DNA from: Bacteroidota bacterium
GTDB lineage: Bacteria; Bacteroidota; Bacteroidia; Flavobacteriales; Flavobacteriaceae
DNA length: 64,000 bases
Assembly: GCA_046048915.1 (NCBI GenBank)
Contig: JBJOFE010000001.1
Location: 50,044 to 114,043 of the forward strand
Direction: 5' to 3'
Position numbers and translations under genes: made by a program. Below, one piece after another: positions 19,324 to 29,930 of this stretch. The stretch's first letter is position 1. Each line of letters begins with the position of its first letter. A model generated the notes under the pieces. That model was not told where the DNA came from. It searched no databases and saw nothing but the letters and a program-made list of their open reading frames with translations.

Positions 19324-20511
19324 TTATTCTAAAATAGCAGCAATTCCTGGTAAAACTCTACCTTCTAACATTTCTAACATAGCTCCTCCTCCTGTTGAAA
19401 CATAACTTACTTTGTCTTCAAAACCAAATTGTTTTACTGCTGCAACTGAATCTCCACCACCAACAAGTGAGAAAGCTCCGTTAGCAGTTGATTCAGCAAT
19501 GAATTCACCTAAAGCAATAGTTCCTTTAGCAAAAGTTGGCATTTCAAAAACACCCAGAGGGCCATTCCAAAGTATCGTTTTAGACTCTAAAATTACTTTT
19601 TTAAAGTTTTCTAACGATTTTGGTCCTGCATCCATTCCTTCCCATCCGTCAGGAATTGCTCTAACATCAACTACTTGTGTATTCGCATCATTAGAGAATT
19701 TATCTCCCGCAACAACGTCTACTGGAATATGAATTTGAACTCCTTTTTCTTTTGCTAAACGCAAAATTTCTAATGCTAATTCTTGTTTGTCATCTTCACA
19801 AATAGAATCTCCGATTTTTCCACCCAAAGCTTTAACAAAAGTAAAAGTCATTCCACCACCAATAATCATATGGTCTACTTTGTCTAAAATATTTTCGATC
19901 ACCGTAATTTTTGAAGACACCTTAGATCCTCCAAGAACAGCAGTTACTGGTTTTACACTGTTGTTTAATACTTTATTCAAGCTTTCAATTTCTTTAGCCA
20001 GTAAAGTTCCAAAACATTTGTCGGTTGGGAAAAATTGTGCAATGATAGTAGTCGAAGCGTGTGCTCTGTGTGCCGTACCAAAAGCATCATTTACATATAT
20101 ATCTCCTAATGAAGCTAATTCTTTTGCGAAAGCGACATCCCCTGCTTCTTCTTCAGCATGAAAACGTAAATTTTCTAGCAATAAAACTTCACCAGCTTGC
20201 AATTTGTCTGAAGCAGCTTTTGCTTCAGCTCCTACACATTTGGCAGTGAATTGAACTGGCACTCCTAAAATAGCTGAAGCTGTTTTTAAGATATGTTTCA
20301 ATGAATATTTCTCTTCGGATCCTTTTGGACGGCCTAAATGTGACATTAAAATTACACTTCCGCCGTCAGCCAAAATTTTATCAATTGTTGGTTTTGCAGC
20401 TTCAATACGTGTAGCGTCTGTTACATTAAAATTTTCATCCAAAGGCACGTTAAAATCAACGCGAATGATTGCTTTTTTATTTTTGAAATTAAAATCGTTT
20501 ACCGTTTTCAT
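19324..20511 (-). CDS. pgk: Phosphoglycerate kinase
   Basis: 395-aa ORF with RVDFNVP and SHLGRPKG motifs and the C-terminal STGGGA.LE motif. Confidence 0.95.
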   Translation of the reverse strand: MKTVNDFNFKNKKAIIRVDFNVPLDENFNVTDATRIEAAKPTIDKILADGGSVILMSHLGRPKGSEEKYSLKHILKTASAILGVPVQFTAKCVGAEAKAASDKLQAGEVLLLENLRFHAEEEAGDVAFAKELASLGDIYVNDAFGTAHRAHASTTIIAQFFPTDKCFGTLLAKEIESLNKVLNNSVKPVTAVLGGSKVSSKITVIENILDKVDHMIIGGGMTFTFVKALGGKIGDSICEDDKQELALEILRLAKEKGVQIHIPVDVVAGDKFSNDANTQVVDVRAIPDGWEGMDAGPKSLENFKKVILESKTILWNGPLGVFEMPTFAKGTIALGEFIAESTANGAFSLVGGGDSVAAVKQFGFEDKVSYVSTGGGAMLEMLEGRVLPGIAAILE

Positions 20512-20717
20512 TGTATCTGTTGTTTAGTTTTTCTGAAAGAGAAACAAAGATAGAACTTTTCGTGTTGTGACAAATTCTGAAAAGCGATAAAAAATCAATA
20601 TTTCTTAACGAAATCGTTGTAAATTAAATAATCTGTTATTTTTTATTCTCTTTTTTTTGAATATACTGATCATTAATCGTGAATTGTGTTTTGCTAGCAA
20701 GGATATTCAAAGTTGTT

Positions 20718-21647
20718 TTAATGGAAATCATAGCCCAAAGTAACCATGTGAGTGCCTGAATTATAGTAGGCAAGTTGGTTCAAGTTCACTTGATAGGAAT
20801 ATCCAAAACAAAAATTAGCTTTTTTAAACCCTCCCATTGGAGCTACTGTCAATGGTACAGATGGTTGGCCGTTTAAAAACCGATAGCCTATTCCTCCCCA
20901 ATAGTAATTACCAAAACCATTGTGTCGGCGGTACTTTAAATTAAAATCACTGGCTGAACGATTGTCTACTCCAAAAAACAGATGATAAATTGAGGGTTCT
21001 ATTTCTACATTGCTATTGGAACTATTTTTTATTATATATCCTAAATAGAATTGGTAATTCAAAACCATGTCAGGCAGCCTTGTTAAATTATTGGATTTGG
21101 TTTTTGGCAACACATTAGCGCCGGAAATACTCATGTAAAAACCCTTGTTCCGATACAAAAGTCCAACATCGAAATTGTTATTAGAAGCCGTTCTATTGTT
21201 ATCAATCCCTGGGTCAAACGGTTGAAATTCAGAATTGAGGTTGAATTGACTACTATTAATTTTAAAACTATTGATATGGAACGAAAGTCCAAAAGACAAA
21301 TATTGTTTAGTTTCCAAATCTAAAGTGATGTGATGTGAAAAAGAAAATTTAGCGCCCATTTGTGAAGTATTTCCGTTGCTGTCATTGTACAATGAAAGTC
21401 CTATTCCCGAATGATTTGTTATTCTAAAATCAGCATAAAGGGATTGGTTTTTTGGGGCATCTTTAATCCCTACCCATTGTTTTTTTCCATTGGCGCGTAT
21501 TTTTAAATTATCCTCTATTCCGGCAAATATTGGAGATAATACAAAAGGATTTTCTGCTAAATATTGTGAATTAACCGGCGGATATAATTCTTGGCTAAAG
21601 CCAATAAAACAAAACATTAGCATGCTTAAAATAGGTTTAATTTTCAT
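20718..21647 (-). CDS. PorP/SprF-family type IX secretion system membrane protein (module 1)
   Basis: 309-aa ORF with a signal peptide, an NPFVLSPIFAG start motif and a beta-barrel-like pattern. It lies immediately downstream of a type-B CTD protein. Confidence 0.85.
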   Translation of the reverse strand: MKIKPILSMLMFCFIGFSQELYPPVNSQYLAENPFVLSPIFAGIEDNLKIRANGKKQWVGIKDAPKNQSLYADFRITNHSGIGLSLYNDSNGNTSQMGAKFSFSHHITLDLETKQYLSFGLSFHINSFKINSSQFNLNSEFQPFDPGIDNNRTASNNNFDVGLLYRNKGFYMSISGANVLPKTKSNNLTRLPDMVLNYQFYLGYIIKNSSNSNVEIEPSIYHLFFGVDNRSASDFNLKYRRHNGFGNYYWGGIGYRFLNGQPSVPLTVAPMGGFKKANFCFGYSYQVNLNQLAYYNSGTHMVTLGYDFH

Positions 21648-21665
21648 GGCTTCTTTGTTAATGAA

Positions 21666-24569
21666 TTATCTATATAATGTAAAATGACCTATAAATTCCC
21701 TATTGTCTTTTGAATTATTCAATTTCAATATGTACCAATAATCTCCTGAGGGGAGTGCTACGTCTTGGTATTTCCCATCCCAAGATTGTCCATGACGATA
21801 GTTACCCAATTCTTGTCCATAACGATCGTAAATCGAAAAAACTAAATTGGTGTAATTTGTACTGCATCCTGGGGCCCAAGTATCATTTATTCCATCACCA
21901 TTTGGAGTGAAATAATTCGGTGTGCAAATGTCTATGTAGTCGAATTTTTGAGAAACGGATGTGGTACATCCATTTGCGTCTTGAACAGTCACTAAGAAAT
22001 CTTGGGTTTTATAATAAATATAACTTGGAATATCATCATAATATTCACCATTAAAAGTGAATTTATAATTGCCTGCCCCTCCAATTGGTGTCGCAATTAT
22101 TTCGTTTAACCCTCCTTGTTTTAAATTTAAAATCAGTGGAGATATGTCTTCAATGATAATTCTTACAGAGGATGCAGGGGAGCAATTATTGCTTTCTGCC
22201 TTAGTTATATAAATTCCAACACCAAGATTTGAGAATACTCCCGAAGATTGAAATGGTCTAATGACAGCTCCTTTTTCGTCAACCAAACTATAGCGATAGC
22301 TACCCACACCCCCTGAAGCCATAGCTGTAATCGTTGCAGAAGTCTCTCCATTACATTTAATTATGGCTAGTGTTTGATCAACATCTACTTTTAATCCTGG
22401 AATGGAGTCAATTGTAATGTCATTTGATTTACTACTACACCCTTTAGAGTCTTTTATATAAAAAGTGTAAGTGCCAATACCTGCTTCCATTTTTTGGGGT
22501 GCGGAAAAAATAGTAGTTGCAAATAAAATACCGTCTTTACTAAGAGTATAACTTGGAGTGCCCCCTACAACAACTAATTCTAATTCAGGCGTAACACCAC
22601 AGTTAAGGGGTGATTTAAGCGATAAATTAGCTACAAGCAATTCTGGTTCTGAAATCGTAAAATTGTTGGATAGACTACAAAAAGGATCGTTTGTTAAAGT
22701 AACTTGTATCCTATATTCACCAGCCGTTAATCCGCTTATTACGACAGGTTCAAAACCTGAATGGGTGTTTTGATAAACAATAGCATCCGATTTATTTTTA
22801 ACAATACAACTAAACAAATTATGAGTAGAAGTGCTGTTTTTATTTGTTATTGTAAATTTTATACTACCGTCAATCCCTGCATGGCAAGTAACCGCGTTAA
22901 CAGAGTTAATTGTAAGTAAAAATGTGTTGGGATCCGTAACATTATACAATTCCTTGTGACTACAGCCCGTATCTTCATTTAAAACCGTAACATAATATTT
23001 ACCTGGAGAGAGTCCGGTAAAAAACCCAGTAGAATTAGTTTGGATTGGATATACAGAGCCTATTACACCTGTTTCTGGTTGGATGTCAACAAGCGAATAT
23101 AGTATGTTTATAGGGGCGCTGCCTTTGGCTTCTATCGAAACCTGAATGCTTTCAGAGCTAATACAGTTTATCGGTTCTGTTGCAGTTATCTTGATCTTTT
23201 CTAATGAAATAAAAGGAGTAATTGTAACTTTACTACTACTCCCCGAACAGCCTTTGCTGTCGTATACCCTAATACTATACTCCCCACCTGTTTGATCTGA
23301 CTCTATATATGTTGAAGAACTACTAATCTGTATAGGGTTGTTATTTTTAATAAATTCATAAAGGGTGAAATTACCCGAACCTCCATAAATTTCTCCAACA
23401 CTAATGGAAGCTTGATTCAAATTATTATTTACAAAACAACTAAAGTCTACAACTGTTGGAGTATTGACCCTAATTGGGTCAGGTTCCAAAATTGAAATAG
23501 TAGCTGTTGCATTGCAACCTCTTTCTGATATTACTTCTACTGTATAACTACCCGCATGTAAACTTGAAAAAAATGGTGTTTTTTGAAAATTTATTTGGTC
23601 AATGCTGTATTTGTAATTGGAACTATTATTTGCGCTACTTGATGAGGTGTCAATATGTACTGTTATAGTGCCGTCATTCCCCCCATTACAACTTACATCC
23701 ATTGATGCTAATTTCAAACCTACGATTGCGTTTGCGGGTTCCAAATTGACTTCTATTTCCTCAAAACAACCGGTTGTTTTGTCATCAACCCTACATCTAT
23801 AACTTCCTGGAGGAAGATTGGTAAAAACTGAATCCTTAGTGGGTTGTTCGCCATTAATTTGATATTCAAAATTAGTAGAACCCCCCTTAGTTGTTAATGC
23901 TACTATCCCATCGTCTGAAGTACAACTTGGAGCTGTAATATATGCTACTGAAAGTACTAAAGACGGAAGGATCGTTAATGTTTGCGAACTTTCACATCCA
24001 TTACTGTCTTTTATAATCCAATTATAATTTCCCGAATTTTGATTAGAAAGGGTATATGGTAAACTAACCACTTCAAAAACACCCCCATTCTTACTTAATA
24101 AATAAGGTGGAATTCCAGGATTTGTTACCTCTAATTTCATTTCGAAATTTCCATCAGGAACACAGCGGTTTGACAAGGTTAGCTGCGCTTTTGGAGCGGG
24201 GTCCTTTGCCACTGTTTCTGTTGTTGAAACAACTAATCCCAACTTATCTTTCGCAAAAATCACATAGGTTCCTTCGTCAACACTGAATGAGTTTGATGTT
24301 TCCCAGCTTCCTACAGGGGTGGAAGGTGGCGGCGGAACAGGCGAACTCCCAGATGGTATTGCCTTACTAATTTGATATTCATAAGGGGCTAAACCATCCT
24401 TAGCTTGTACTATAATTATTGCTTTTTGATTGCAATTGGCATTTTGTAACACTTCAGTTGTTATATTCAACTGAGAAATATTCGTTGCTGTTTGTGCTTG
24501 AAGTGTTTTTGTAAATAGCAAAGCCAAAAACAAAACAGCACAAAAATACTTTTGTATTGATACTATCAT
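21666..24569 (-). CDS. SprB-repeat cell-surface protein with a T9SS type-B sorting domain (adhesin 1)
   Basis: 967 aa with a signal peptide. It has many Cys-initiated SprB-type repeats (CNGGNDGTITV, CHAGIDGSIKF, CNGETSATITA) and the C-terminal CHU_C motif [13 protein letters not shown]...YWYIL. Confidence 0.88.
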   Translation of the reverse strand: MIVSIQKYFCAVLFLALLFTKTLQAQTATNISQLNITTEVLQNANCNQKAIIIVQAKDGLAPYEYQISKAIPSGSSPVPPPPSTPVGSWETSNSFSVDEGTYVIFAKDKLGLVVSTTETVAKDPAPKAQLTLSNRCVPDGNFEMKLEVTNPGIPPYLLSKNGGVFEVVSLPYTLSNQNSGNYNWIIKDSNGCESSQTLTILPSLVLSVAYITAPSCTSDDGIVALTTKGGSTNFEYQINGEQPTKDSVFTNLPPGSYRCRVDDKTTGCFEEIEVNLEPANAIVGLKLASMDVSCNGGNDGTITVHIDTSSSSANNSSNYKYSIDQINFQKTPFFSSLHAGSYTVEVISERGCNATATISILEPDPIRVNTPTVVDFSCFVNNNLNQASISVGEIYGGSGNFTLYEFIKNNNPIQISSSSTYIESDQTGGEYSIRVYDSKGCSGSSSKVTITPFISLEKIKITATEPINCISSESIQVSIEAKGSAPINILYSLVDIQPETGVIGSVYPIQTNSTGFFTGLSPGKYYVTVLNEDTGCSHKELYNVTDPNTFLLTINSVNAVTCHAGIDGSIKFTITNKNSTSTHNLFSCIVKNKSDAIVYQNTHSGFEPVVISGLTAGEYRIQVTLTNDPFCSLSNNFTISEPELLVANLSLKSPLNCGVTPELELVVVGGTPSYTLSKDGILFATTIFSAPQKMEAGIGTYTFYIKDSKGCSSKSNDITIDSIPGLKVDVDQTLAIIKCNGETSATITAMASGGVGSYRYSLVDEKGAVIRPFQSSGVFSNLGVGIYITKAESNNCSPASSVRIIIEDISPLILNLKQGGLNEIIATPIGGAGNYKFTFNGEYYDDIPSYIYYKTQDFLVTVQDANGCTTSVSQKFDYIDICTPNYFTPNGDGINDTWAPGCSTNYTNLVFSIYDRYGQELGNYRHGQSWDGKYQDVALPSGDYWYILKLNNSKDNREFIGHFTLYR

Positions 24570-24940
24570 GGGAAGTGGGGGCTAAAAGAAATTCTGTTGA
24601 TTAGTACTTATTTGAAAGGAAAATTGAGAATTAATAGCCTTTCAAAAGGAGTTTGCAAATAATAGAATGCTTCTTTAAGAAATTTCGTTTTTTGGTTCCA
24701 AAATAGTAGCAATAGGAACAAAAAAAGCGAACAGATAAGGGATACTTGTGCTTTCATGAGGTGTGTTTGATGTTGAAATACAATCTTGAAATGGGCGGGT
24801 AACTTCATTTCAGAAAATAAAAGTAGCCAATTTTTTGAAATTGTGTTTATAAATTTTAAAAAAACCTCTGCTTATAGATGAGGCCAAAAAGTTTAGAACC
24901 TAAAATTTTTGGCTCTCTCATTTTCTACTATCTTTGCTTT

Positions 24941-26089
24941 ATGCAATTTTCAGAAATTTTAGGGCAGGAACACATCAAAAGTCATTTGACAAAAAGTGCC
25001 GATTTAGGTCGGATTCCGCATGCTCAATTATTTGTAGGCCCCGAAGGAAGCGGAACGCTACCTATAGCTATAGCTTATGCGCAATATATTTTGTGTAGCA
25101 ATGCCAACAGCGAGAACAGAGGGCAAAACGAATCTTGCAACATTAAGTTTGATAAATTGTCGCATCCCGACTTGCATTTTGTGTATCCTACTGTAGCTAC
25201 TGAAGATGTAAAAACCAAACCCAAAAGTATTGATTTCATTGGTGATTGGAGAAACTTTGTTAGCCACAACCCCTATGGAAGTTTGTTTGATTGGTACACC
25301 GTTTTGGGTGTCAATAACAAACAAGGAGAGATTCGTGTGGATGATGCTCAAGAAATTTTAAAGTCCTTAGCTTTAAAATCATACGAAGGAGGATATAAAA
25401 TTATGATCGTTTGGATGGCCGATAAAATGAATGTCGCCGCCTCAAACAAATTGCTAAAACTACTCGAAGAGCCGCCAGAAAAAACAATTTTCATATTGAT
25501 TTCAGAGCAGGAAGAAGATATCATTCAAACCATTCGTTCCCGTTGCCAAGTGTTGCATTTTGGCGGATTGCCAGAACGTTCAATTGCTGAAGCTTTAGTA
25601 GCCATTAAACAAATAGAGCCTCAACAAGCTGCTATCATTGCGCATCAAGCACAAGGCAATTATAACAAAGCTTTGCATTTAGCACAAAACGATGAGGATG
25701 AATACCCTTTTGACGAATGGTTTGTGACCTGGGTTCGTGCCGCATTTAAAGCAAAAGGCAATGCTGCTGCAATTCAAGATTTGATTCAGTGGAGCGAGCA
25801 AGTAGCTGGTTTGGGCAGAGAAACACAAAAGAAATTTTTGGAATTTTGTATCGAAATGTTTCGCCAAGCCTTGTTATTAAATTATGAAAGTCCGAGTTTG
25901 GTTTATCTAGAACCAAAGGTCGAAAAATTTCAATTAGCTAATTTTGCCCCTTTTGTTAATGGCAATAATATTCACGATATTTTTAAAGAATTATCAGACG
26001 CTATGTATCATATAGAACGCAACGGTAATGCTAAAATTATCCTAACTGACTTGTCCATCAAATTAACCCGTTTAATACATAAAAAATAA
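24941..26089 (+). CDS. holB: DNA polymerase III subunit delta'
   Basis: It has HAQLFVGPEGSG and SRCQ motifs. I prefer the ATG at 24941 (MQFSEILGQEH) to the ORF-track start at 24878. A TATCTTTG -7-like box sits at 24929-24936. Confidence 0.85.
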   Translation: MQFSEILGQEHIKSHLTKSADLGRIPHAQLFVGPEGSGTLPIAIAYAQYILCSNANSENRGQNESCNIKFDKLSHPDLHFVYPTVATEDVKTKPKSIDFIGDWRNFVSHNPYGSLFDWYTVLGVNNKQGEIRVDDAQEILKSLALKSYEGGYKIMIVWMADKMNVAASNKLLKLLEEPPEKTIFILISEQEEDIIQTIRSRCQVLHFGGLPERSIAEALVAIKQIEPQQAAIIAHQAQGNYNKALHLAQNDEDEYPFDEWFVTWVRAAFKAKGNAAAIQDLIQWSEQVAGLGRETQKKFLEFCIEMFRQALLLNYESPSLVYLEPKVEKFQLANFAPFVNGNNIHDIFKELSDAMYHIERNGNAKIILTDLSIKLTRLIHKK

Positions 26090-26094
26090 AGACT

Positions 26095-26478
26095 ATGAAT
26101 AATGTTGCATCCATCTTGATTTTAGTTTTTTTGACGATTACCTTTTTACAATCTGGTTATGATAAAATTTTTTACTGGAAAGATAATGTGGAATGGCTAA
26201 AAGGGCATTTTTCAAAAACTCAATTGAAAAATCATGTGCCATTGGCGCTTTTACACGTTCTAGTATTAGAATTAATTTCTACTGTTTTGTGCGCTGTTGG
26301 CGCCATCGAATTACTGCTCAATAGCGGAAGAACCTTTGGCTATTATGGCAGCGTATTTTCTTGTATCACTTTATTGATGCTTTTAATTGGACAACGATTA
26401 GCCAAAGATTACGACGGAGCAAGAACCATCGTGATTTATTTTATTCCTGCAGTAATGGCTGTGTATTGGCTTAACTAA
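26095..26478 (+). CDS. Small four-TM membrane protein, DoxX-like
   Basis: 127-aa hydrophobic ORF. The family assignment is tentative. Confidence 0.5.
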   Translation: MNNVASILILVFLTITFLQSGYDKIFYWKDNVEWLKGHFSKTQLKNHVPLALLHVLVLELISTVLCAVGAIELLLNSGRTFGYYGSVFSCITLLMLLIGQRLAKDYDGARTIVIYFIPAVMAVYWLN

Positions 26479-26484
26479 ACATTC

Positions 26485-27000
26485 ATGATGACACCTAAAC
26501 ACCCTTCGGAATCCTTAACCGTTTTAACTGACTTAGTTTTACCGAGTGAGACCAATCATTTGAATAATCTATTTGGAGGCGAATTATTAGCCCGAATGGA
26601 CCGAGCGGCAAGTATTGCTGCACAACGACATTCAAGAAATATTTGCGTAACCGCTTCAGTAAATCATGTGGCTTTTACCAAAGCGATCCCTTTAGGGAGT
26701 GTCGTAACCGTAGAAGCAAAAGTTTCGAGATCTTTTAGTAGTTCCATGGAGATCTATATTGATGTTTGGATTGAAGACCGTTCCTCTGGTAACAAAACGA
26801 AAACCATGGAAGCTATTTATACTTTTGTGGCTGTTGATGCCACAGGGAAGCCGGTTGAAGTGCCGCCAATTATTCCACAAACTGAATTAGAAAAACAACG
26901 TTATGATGCGGCATTGAGACGCAAGCAATTAAGTTTAGTGTTGGCTGGCAAAATGAAGCCCAGCGATGCTACTGAATTAAAAGCTTTGTTTACAACATAA
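26485..27000 (+). CDS. Acyl-CoA thioesterase (hotdog fold)
   Basis: 171-aa ORF with LVLPSETNHLNNLFGGELLARMD, typical of YciA/Acot-type thioesterases. Confidence 0.85.
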   Translation: MMTPKHPSESLTVLTDLVLPSETNHLNNLFGGELLARMDRAASIAAQRHSRNICVTASVNHVAFTKAIPLGSVVTVEAKVSRSFSSSMEIYIDVWIEDRSSGNKTKTMEAIYTFVAVDATGKPVEVPPIIPQTELEKQRYDAALRRKQLSLVLAGKMKPSDATELKALFTT

Positions 27001-27027
27001 AAAACCCCCTTTAAAAGGGGGTTTTTT
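27001..27027. terminator. Bidirectional rho-independent terminator between convergent genes
   Basis: aaaaccccctttaaaagggggtttttt is a GC stem flanked by an A-run and a T-run. Confidence 0.85.
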
Positions 27028-27040
27028 ATGTTGTAAATAT

Positions 27041-28993
27041 TTATTCCTTAACAATCACAAACGTACTTCTTCTGTTTTGCTGGTGTTCTGCTTCGCTGCA
27101 TGGCACTGCATCAGCACATGGATTGACCAATTGACTCTCGCCATAGCCCTTGGCTGTTAATCGCTCTGGGGCTATGCCTCGCTGGATTAAATACGCCATC
27201 GTAGCCTCGGCTCTTCTCTGTGATAAGAGTTTGTTGTATTTTCTATGCTGGCGACTATCGGTATGAGAACCTATTTCGATGTTGATACTTGGGTACTCTT
27301 GTAATGCTTGAACAATTTTCTCCAGTGGTTCGATAGCATCTTTTCTGATTTTTGATTGGTCTAGATCAAAGTAGATTTGTGTAATCTCAAACACTTGAGC
27401 CAGATCCAAGCCAGGTGCAATCTCGTATCTATCTTTCTTCAAACGGATGTCCTTGCTTAGGTTATCGCCATAGAGTCTAGCCACCGCTTCTATACCTAAC
27501 GTGGAGTAATTCTCTTTTGATCCTTGGATGGTATATATTGCATTGGAAGTCACATTCTCAAAAGTGAAGTTTCCATTCTCATCAGCTAGTGTTCTTGCCA
27601 CTTCATTGTTATCCTTGTCAAGCAATACTAGGGCTGCATATTCTACTGGATTGGAACTATTAAAGTCCATCACTCGTCCTTTGATGGTGGTTAAGTATTC
27701 AAATACAAACGGCATTCCTGTGTTTTGGAAGCTGTACAAATCATCGTCTCCTTTCCCCCCTGGTCGGTTACTACTGAGTACCCCTTGATTAGTGGTACGG
27801 TCCCAGTTCATACCAAAGTCATCAAAGGCACTGTTAATAGGTGCTCCTAGATGAACCGGAAGTGCGTTGGGTGTGTTCAAGTCTACGGCATAAATATCAT
27901 ATCCTCCCATCCCTAGTCTGCCGTCTGAGGCAAAGAGTAATATGTTGTCATCGGTAACAAAAGGATAGCTCTCTCTAGCCTCGGTATTGATGGTTGTTCC
28001 AAGGTTCACTGGATTGCCAATGGTACCATCTGGATACAATTCAATTTTATATAAGTCTGATTGGCCATAGCTGCCTTTGGCATCTGATGCAAAATATAAG
28101 GTCTTCTCATCGGGTGATAGCGCTGGATGGGCTACTCTAATACTGTCTAATGCAAAAATATCCAACACGCCTTGGTCCATCCATTTGCCATTTTCATTGA
28201 TGGCTTTGTAGATTTTGTTTAGACCATTGGTGAGTTTTCTCTTGTTGTTGTCTCTTAACTCATTCTGAGTATAGTACATTGTCTTTCCGTCTTTGGTAAA
28301 AACCGGTGTGGCTTCGTGGTATACTGAGAAGACTTTCTTTGAGAATAGTTTGGGTTCGCTATAGGTTTTACTAGTGTCATTAACCCTTACGCTATAGTAT
28401 AAGTTAGTGAAGTTTTGACCAGTTCTTTGGTAGATTTGATTGGCAATGATTCTTGGTCTTGCGCTGGCAAAGAGTAAGGTGTCTGCTTTAAAGGTGCTAC
28501 TAAAGTCAGAGTACTTCGAGTTGATGTTTAAATTCGTAATGCTAAAGCTATCCGAACCTTTCTTAATACTGTTTTGAGCTCTTAGTGTTGGGGTTTGATT
28601 TCTAACTCGGAGTTCTGTTGGTTTCTCTTTAGCATACTCTGCCATAATCTTTTGGGCTTGTTCTACTAGTCCCGCCGACTTAAGTGATTGGCTATAGCGG
28701 TATAATAATCCTTCTGGGAAAGGAGCACTCATTGCGTAGCGCTTCTCGTACCACTTTTGAGCCTCAACGTAATTGGCATTGAAGTAATTCGCATCTGCCA
28801 GTTTTTCATAAATCTCAGCGGTTCCTTTGCCTTTATTGGCTAAATGCTCATAGATCTTGATGGCTGATATATACGATTCTTGTTCGAATTTAGCATCTGC
28901 TCTTCGCAAGGGCTGTTGTGCCAAGGCGAGTATGGGAAATAATACAACTAGTAGTAACTGTCTTTTCATCTTGTTTTGTGTTTTCAGTTTCAT
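27041..28993 (-). CDS. OmpA-family protein with N-terminal TPR-like and TolB-like beta-propeller regions (module 2 accessory)
   Basis: 650 aa. The C-terminal OmpA domain reads GSHTDSR...LSQRRAEATMAYL...GYGESQ. The middle has repeated PxxSPDxKTxYFAS-type propeller segments. Confidence 0.85.
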   Translation of the reverse strand: MKLKTQNKMKRQLLLVVLFPILALAQQPLRRADAKFEQESYISAIKIYEHLANKGKGTAEIYEKLADANYFNANYVEAQKWYEKRYAMSAPFPEGLLYRYSQSLKSAGLVEQAQKIMAEYAKEKPTELRVRNQTPTLRAQNSIKKGSDSFSITNLNINSKYSDFSSTFKADTLLFASARPRIIANQIYQRTGQNFTNLYYSVRVNDTSKTYSEPKLFSKKVFSVYHEATPVFTKDGKTMYYTQNELRDNNKRKLTNGLNKIYKAINENGKWMDQGVLDIFALDSIRVAHPALSPDEKTLYFASDAKGSYGQSDLYKIELYPDGTIGNPVNLGTTINTEARESYPFVTDDNILLFASDGRLGMGGYDIYAVDLNTPNALPVHLGAPINSAFDDFGMNWDRTTNQGVLSSNRPGGKGDDDLYSFQNTGMPFVFEYLTTIKGRVMDFNSSNPVEYAALVLLDKDNNEVARTLADENGNFTFENVTSNAIYTIQGSKENYSTLGIEAVARLYGDNLSKDIRLKKDRYEIAPGLDLAQVFEITQIYFDLDQSKIRKDAIEPLEKIVQALQEYPSINIEIGSHTDSRQHRKYNKLLSQRRAEATMAYLIQRGIAPERLTAKGYGESQLVNPCADAVPCSEAEHQQNRRSTFVIVKE

Positions 28994-29004
28994 AGAGCGA
29001 CGAT

Positions 29005-29922
29005 TTAGAAGAAACGGGTAGTCTCTACTTTTTGTGTGTTTTTAAACAAATCAAACTGTAGAAATAACTCGTGCGAACCTGAATTAAAATTAACCAATTG
29101 CGTGTTTTCTCGATCATAACCATAGCCTATGGATAATCTGTCGTTTACTTTAAATCCAACCAAGGCCGAAAGCGAAGCGCTCCATCTATAGGCTAATCCT
29201 ACAGTGAATCTCTCGTTGTATAAAAAGTTAGCTGTTAGGTCCAATTGTAATGGTGCACCTGCTACTACTTTAGTGATAAATGCCGGTTTGAATTTTAAAT
29301 TGTACGCTAAATCAAAAACTTTCCCCGCTACAAAATAAAAGTGTTGCTTTTTTTTGGTCTCTGAATAAGCTAAGGATTTTGTAAAACTAGTCTCTAATAG
29401 TCTAGGTACCGAGAGTCCTAAATAACTATTGTTTGTATAATAATAAAATCCAACCCCTACATTAGGCGAGAACTGATTGTTCAAATCTGAAATGTTTTGA
29501 TGCAAAAAGTAATCATTTGGATCGAAATTATTTAACTTTTGAAAGTCAATACTGAATAAATCACCCCCTGCTTTAACACCAAAAGCCAATCTACTTTCAT
29601 TGGCAAAAGCAATCGTATATGAAATGTCCACCGCTGCAAAAGTCGTATTGGTAGGGCCAATTTCATCGCGAAGAATATTTCCACCTATTCCTATATGACT
29701 GTTTTCTATAGGTTGGTGGTAGGCTAGGTTCATCGTTTTTGGTGCCCCATCGAGTCCTAGCCACTGTGCGCGATAAATACTAAACAAAGAACCATAACCC
29801 GTAGATCCCGCATAAGCCGGGTTGATAATGGTGGGATTCAACATGTACTGTGTGTATTGAGGCTCTTGTTGGCCCCAAACACTCATGCTTATTAGTACTA
29901 CTAAACTAAATAGTCTCTTCAT
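29005..29922 (-). CDS. PorP/SprF-family T9SS membrane protein (module 2)
   Basis: 305 aa with PQYTQYMLNPTIINPAYAG and the C-terminal SHELFLQFDL motif. Confidence 0.88.
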   Translation of the reverse strand: MKRLFSLVVLISMSVWGQQEPQYTQYMLNPTIINPAYAGSTGYGSLFSIYRAQWLGLDGAPKTMNLAYHQPIENSHIGIGGNILRDEIGPTNTTFAAVDISYTIAFANESRLAFGVKAGGDLFSIDFQKLNNFDPNDYFLHQNISDLNNQFSPNVGVGFYYYTNNSYLGLSVPRLLETSFTKSLAYSETKKKQHFYFVAGKVFDLAYNLKFKPAFITKVVAGAPLQLDLTANFLYNERFTVGLAYRWSASLSALVGFKVNDRLSIGYGYDRENTQLVNFNSGSHELFLQFDLFKNTQKVETTRFF

Positions 29923-29930
29923 CTTTACTC

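Noticed and set aside
24608-24808. 66-aa minus-strand ORF in the adhesin 1 / holB intergenic region
   Set aside because: It is low-complexity and AT-rich, has no recognisable start context or motif, and overlaps the probable promoter region. It is most likely spurious.
24878-24940. N-terminal extensions in the ORF track (holB from 24878, the lytic transglycosylase from 19107, rnpA from the GTG at 14345)
   Set aside because: Internal ATGs at 24941, 19065 and 14363 give canonical N-termini (MQFSEILGQEH, a signal peptide MNIKRLIL..., MNFNYPK). For holB a -7-like box lies inside the extension.
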